Of a stretch of 64,000 bases of DNA, positions 60,896 through 64,000 are shown in pieces. The stretch lies in assembly GCF_009914755.1 (NCBI RefSeq), contig NC_060926.1; one strand, written 5' to 3'. The translations under genes were made by a program, and so were the position numbers. The stretch's first letter is position 1; every line of letters begins with the position of its first letter. The DNA comes from the human T2T-CHM13v2.0 reference genome, Homo sapiens. The notes beneath the pieces were generated by a model that saw only the letters and a program-made list of their open reading frames with translations, made no database searches and had not been told where the DNA came from.

Positions 60896-62666
60896 GGAAA
60901 TATTTGGCCCAAATGTCATCCTACATTTCTTATATTTTCAATGGGTGCTATGTCCTGTGTTCCTCTTATCTGAAAATGTTTCCTTTTGTAATTTATATGT
61001 AGAATTTTAGTAAGTAGGTTTAAATGTAATCCATTGATTCTAGGCAGGAGGAAACGCTCAAGAGGCATCTTTGGTGCCAAGGTAAACAGCTAAAGCTCAA
61101 ATCTTTCCCTGGCCATGGCTAGTAGTTTCAAGTTACAAGAAACCAAAAACCTCTGAACTCTACAGGAAGAGATGTCTTTGAGTGCAAACATTTCTGAATT
61201 CAAAGTACACAACTTAGAGGTAAGCTGACTTTATGTTGGAAACACCTGTAGTTGTCTTGGTACTGGAAGGCTGATGCAACTGGGAGGGGAGTATGAAATA
61301 TTGCAGTTAGTTAAGAGGGAGTCTGGAGTTCAAAGATTTCTGGTTATTATTTCTCTCCTTTTGTTTGTATGCCTTGGTTAAAATGAGCTATGTGTGAGAC
61401 ATCCATAACTAAGCCCCTTCAGTTTTTTGCAAACATAATAAATGATATCACCACTGGCTTCAAAGCACATAAAAACAATACCAGGGTTCATGTTATATAT
61501 GTTGCCACAGGAGCACAGGACTCACTGAAAAGGAATCTGGGTGCTGGTTACAAGTTCATTCCAAAATTGCCATGAAAATACTGATAGCTGTATTTGCTAC
61601 TGTTTTTCTTAGTTGCTTTAAACATATGATTATCCTTAACTGATAGGTTATGTAAAGTGGGTGCAAAGTGGGTCATTTGTGACTTTAAAAGATTGCAAAA
61701 TTAAGCAAGATAATTATCAATGACCTGACAACTTCATATTACACATAGAAACCTGAACTTCATTAAATAGAAATGGATTTATGCCCAGAGAGTCTTATTG
61801 CTTTTGTTCTGCTTGACTGTTCACTACCTACCCTTTGCAATGGTGTAAACTACTCATTAATTTTGTATATTTGATTAGTGACAGTTTCCATTCTCAAAAT
61901 CCTTGTGATGAATTACACGACACAGTGGAAACAGCTATAGAACAAAACAAAAACACCACATGTGGTCTGCTAACCAGTCTCCTGTCAAACAAAATTGGAT
62001 GCTGCGTTCCCATGGTTTCCTTTGAGCAGTAAAAGAGAAAATGAATGCTCAGAAGCACCATTTCTGTAAATTGCTGAAAAATCTTCATATTAGTGTAGCC
62101 TAGAAAATATTTCAGTGGCAAAAAAGCTACAAGGAAACCAAGTTATACATTTTTTTTTTTTTGGCTAACACAAAGAAATACATTCTTTACAAGAAAATGG
62201 AGCAGAAATAATAACAATAGGTCCATTATTCTCATTCAGTAATAAATCCCATTTAGGGAGAAGGTATTTTAATGAGCAAATGCTTTATTCTACCTTGTGG
62301 TTAAATAAGAATTTTTAAATGTCACATATACTGAGTAGAGAGCTAGAGTGAGTATCAAACAAAAAGAAAGGACCTGGCCCTTTGAGAGTTAACCTCCTGA
62401 AATTAATGCATAATGGATGAAATTAATCATCTTCAGGGGCCTCCTAACAAGAAGGGACGTTGCCTAGGACAAAGCAGGAAGACTAAAGCCTACAAATCTA
62501 ATCATCTCCATTAGAATTTGAAAGACAACTTTTGTTTAATTAATGGGAGAAAGATACCTAAAAGAAAAAGAAAAAAGGTCACTTGTGACTAGGTGGATTC
62601 TACATAAGACCTTACAAAAGTGGGTTCAGGAAATAGGAATTTGGCAGGGTTTATCCCAGATTCTCT

Positions 62667-63030
<364 letters not shown>

Positions 63031-63839
63031 TAGAGAGGCCTTGATCGTTCTGCTTTGCTGCAGTCTATAGAATGCATTACAAAACTACCTTCTAATTAAA
63101 TTGAGCTTCCCATGTTCCCATAGGCAGGGAAGGAAACATTCTGACAGGTAGCATTATCCCAATTATAAAAGTAAACACATAATTTCAAGGTCCATGTCAG
63201 TTACTCATCAGTCCTCAACCAATAAGTCAACTTTGGGAGCACTCACAAAACTATTTTTCTAGGTACAAAAGCTGGTGACCAGAACTTGAACCACTGTTAC
63301 TTCAACTGGACACTGTGAGTAGCCACCGTTCTATCTTCTCTGATGTTGTTGCATCAATTCTTTAACACTTACACCACAAATACCACACATTTTTAATTTC
63401 TTTATTTATAAGTCTATTACTCTTTTTACTCTAACAATAATACAGCTTAATGGCAAAACATTGAAAAGCACAAAAGAAGATTTTTAAATGATCTGATACC
63501 TCACTATCAACATTGTGGTGTTATTACCTATAGTCTCTGTAAATTTTATTTCAGTTCTTGCATTTACATTGTGATATAAAATGTGCTTAAAGAAAAAAGT
63601 GCATAAAGCATATGCCTTGAGTTCTACTCCAAGATCTTGAACAATCAACTTCCTCTGCTATAGCCATAAATCACAATCAGGATTTATCTTCATCTTCACT
63701 AAATCCCTAACTGTTTTCCAAATTAGTGACAATTTTCAACCAAAGTTGGTATTGTAATTTTTGCCAATCAATTCGATGTGTAATAAAGATTCATGTGGTT
63801 TTAAAGTTCATTACATAACTGTGTATGTAGTTAGAGGGA

Positions 63840-64000
63840 GCCTAGGCCACATAAGACTGTTCCTACTTCTGACATCAACATAAGTTTGGAGGTTCCTCAA
63901 ACCACCCTCAGGTTCAACAATTCTTTAGAAGGACTCACAGAACTCACTGAAAGCTGTTCTACTAGTATGGCTTATTACAGAGGAAGGATACAGATTAAGA
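63840..64000 (-). mobile_element. MER21-group LTR (runs off the window)
   Basis: accaccctcaggttcaacaattctttagaaggactcacagaactcactgaaagctgtt...aggatacagattaa. Confidence 0.8.

Overview
AT-rich, CpG-poor, non-coding primate genomic DNA (human-like: it carries AluY, L1PA2/3 and LTR12). Well over half of the window is recognisable interspersed repeat: L1 of many ages, 7 Alus, L2/MIR, ERVL/MaLR/ERV1 LTRs, and Tigger, HSMAR2 and MER DNA transposons, often nested. I found no supportable host protein-coding gene, RNA gene or CRISPR array. The informative ORFs in the track are L1, Alu, Tigger or LTR derived, and the rest look like chance ORFs. I see no evidence for a new multi-gene system. The best observations are mechanistic footprints: (1) a 17-bp twin-priming inversion in an L1PA; (2) a ~1.5-kb-arm inverted L1 pair; (3) an apparently scrambled L1MA; (4) an unexplained ~445-bp insert in a HAL1; (5) a degenerate ~150-bp palindrome; (6) a perfected quasi-palindrome; (7) speculative minus-strand small exons. 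Repeat subfamily names come from my recall of consensus sequences and should be confirmed with RepeatMasker/Dfam.
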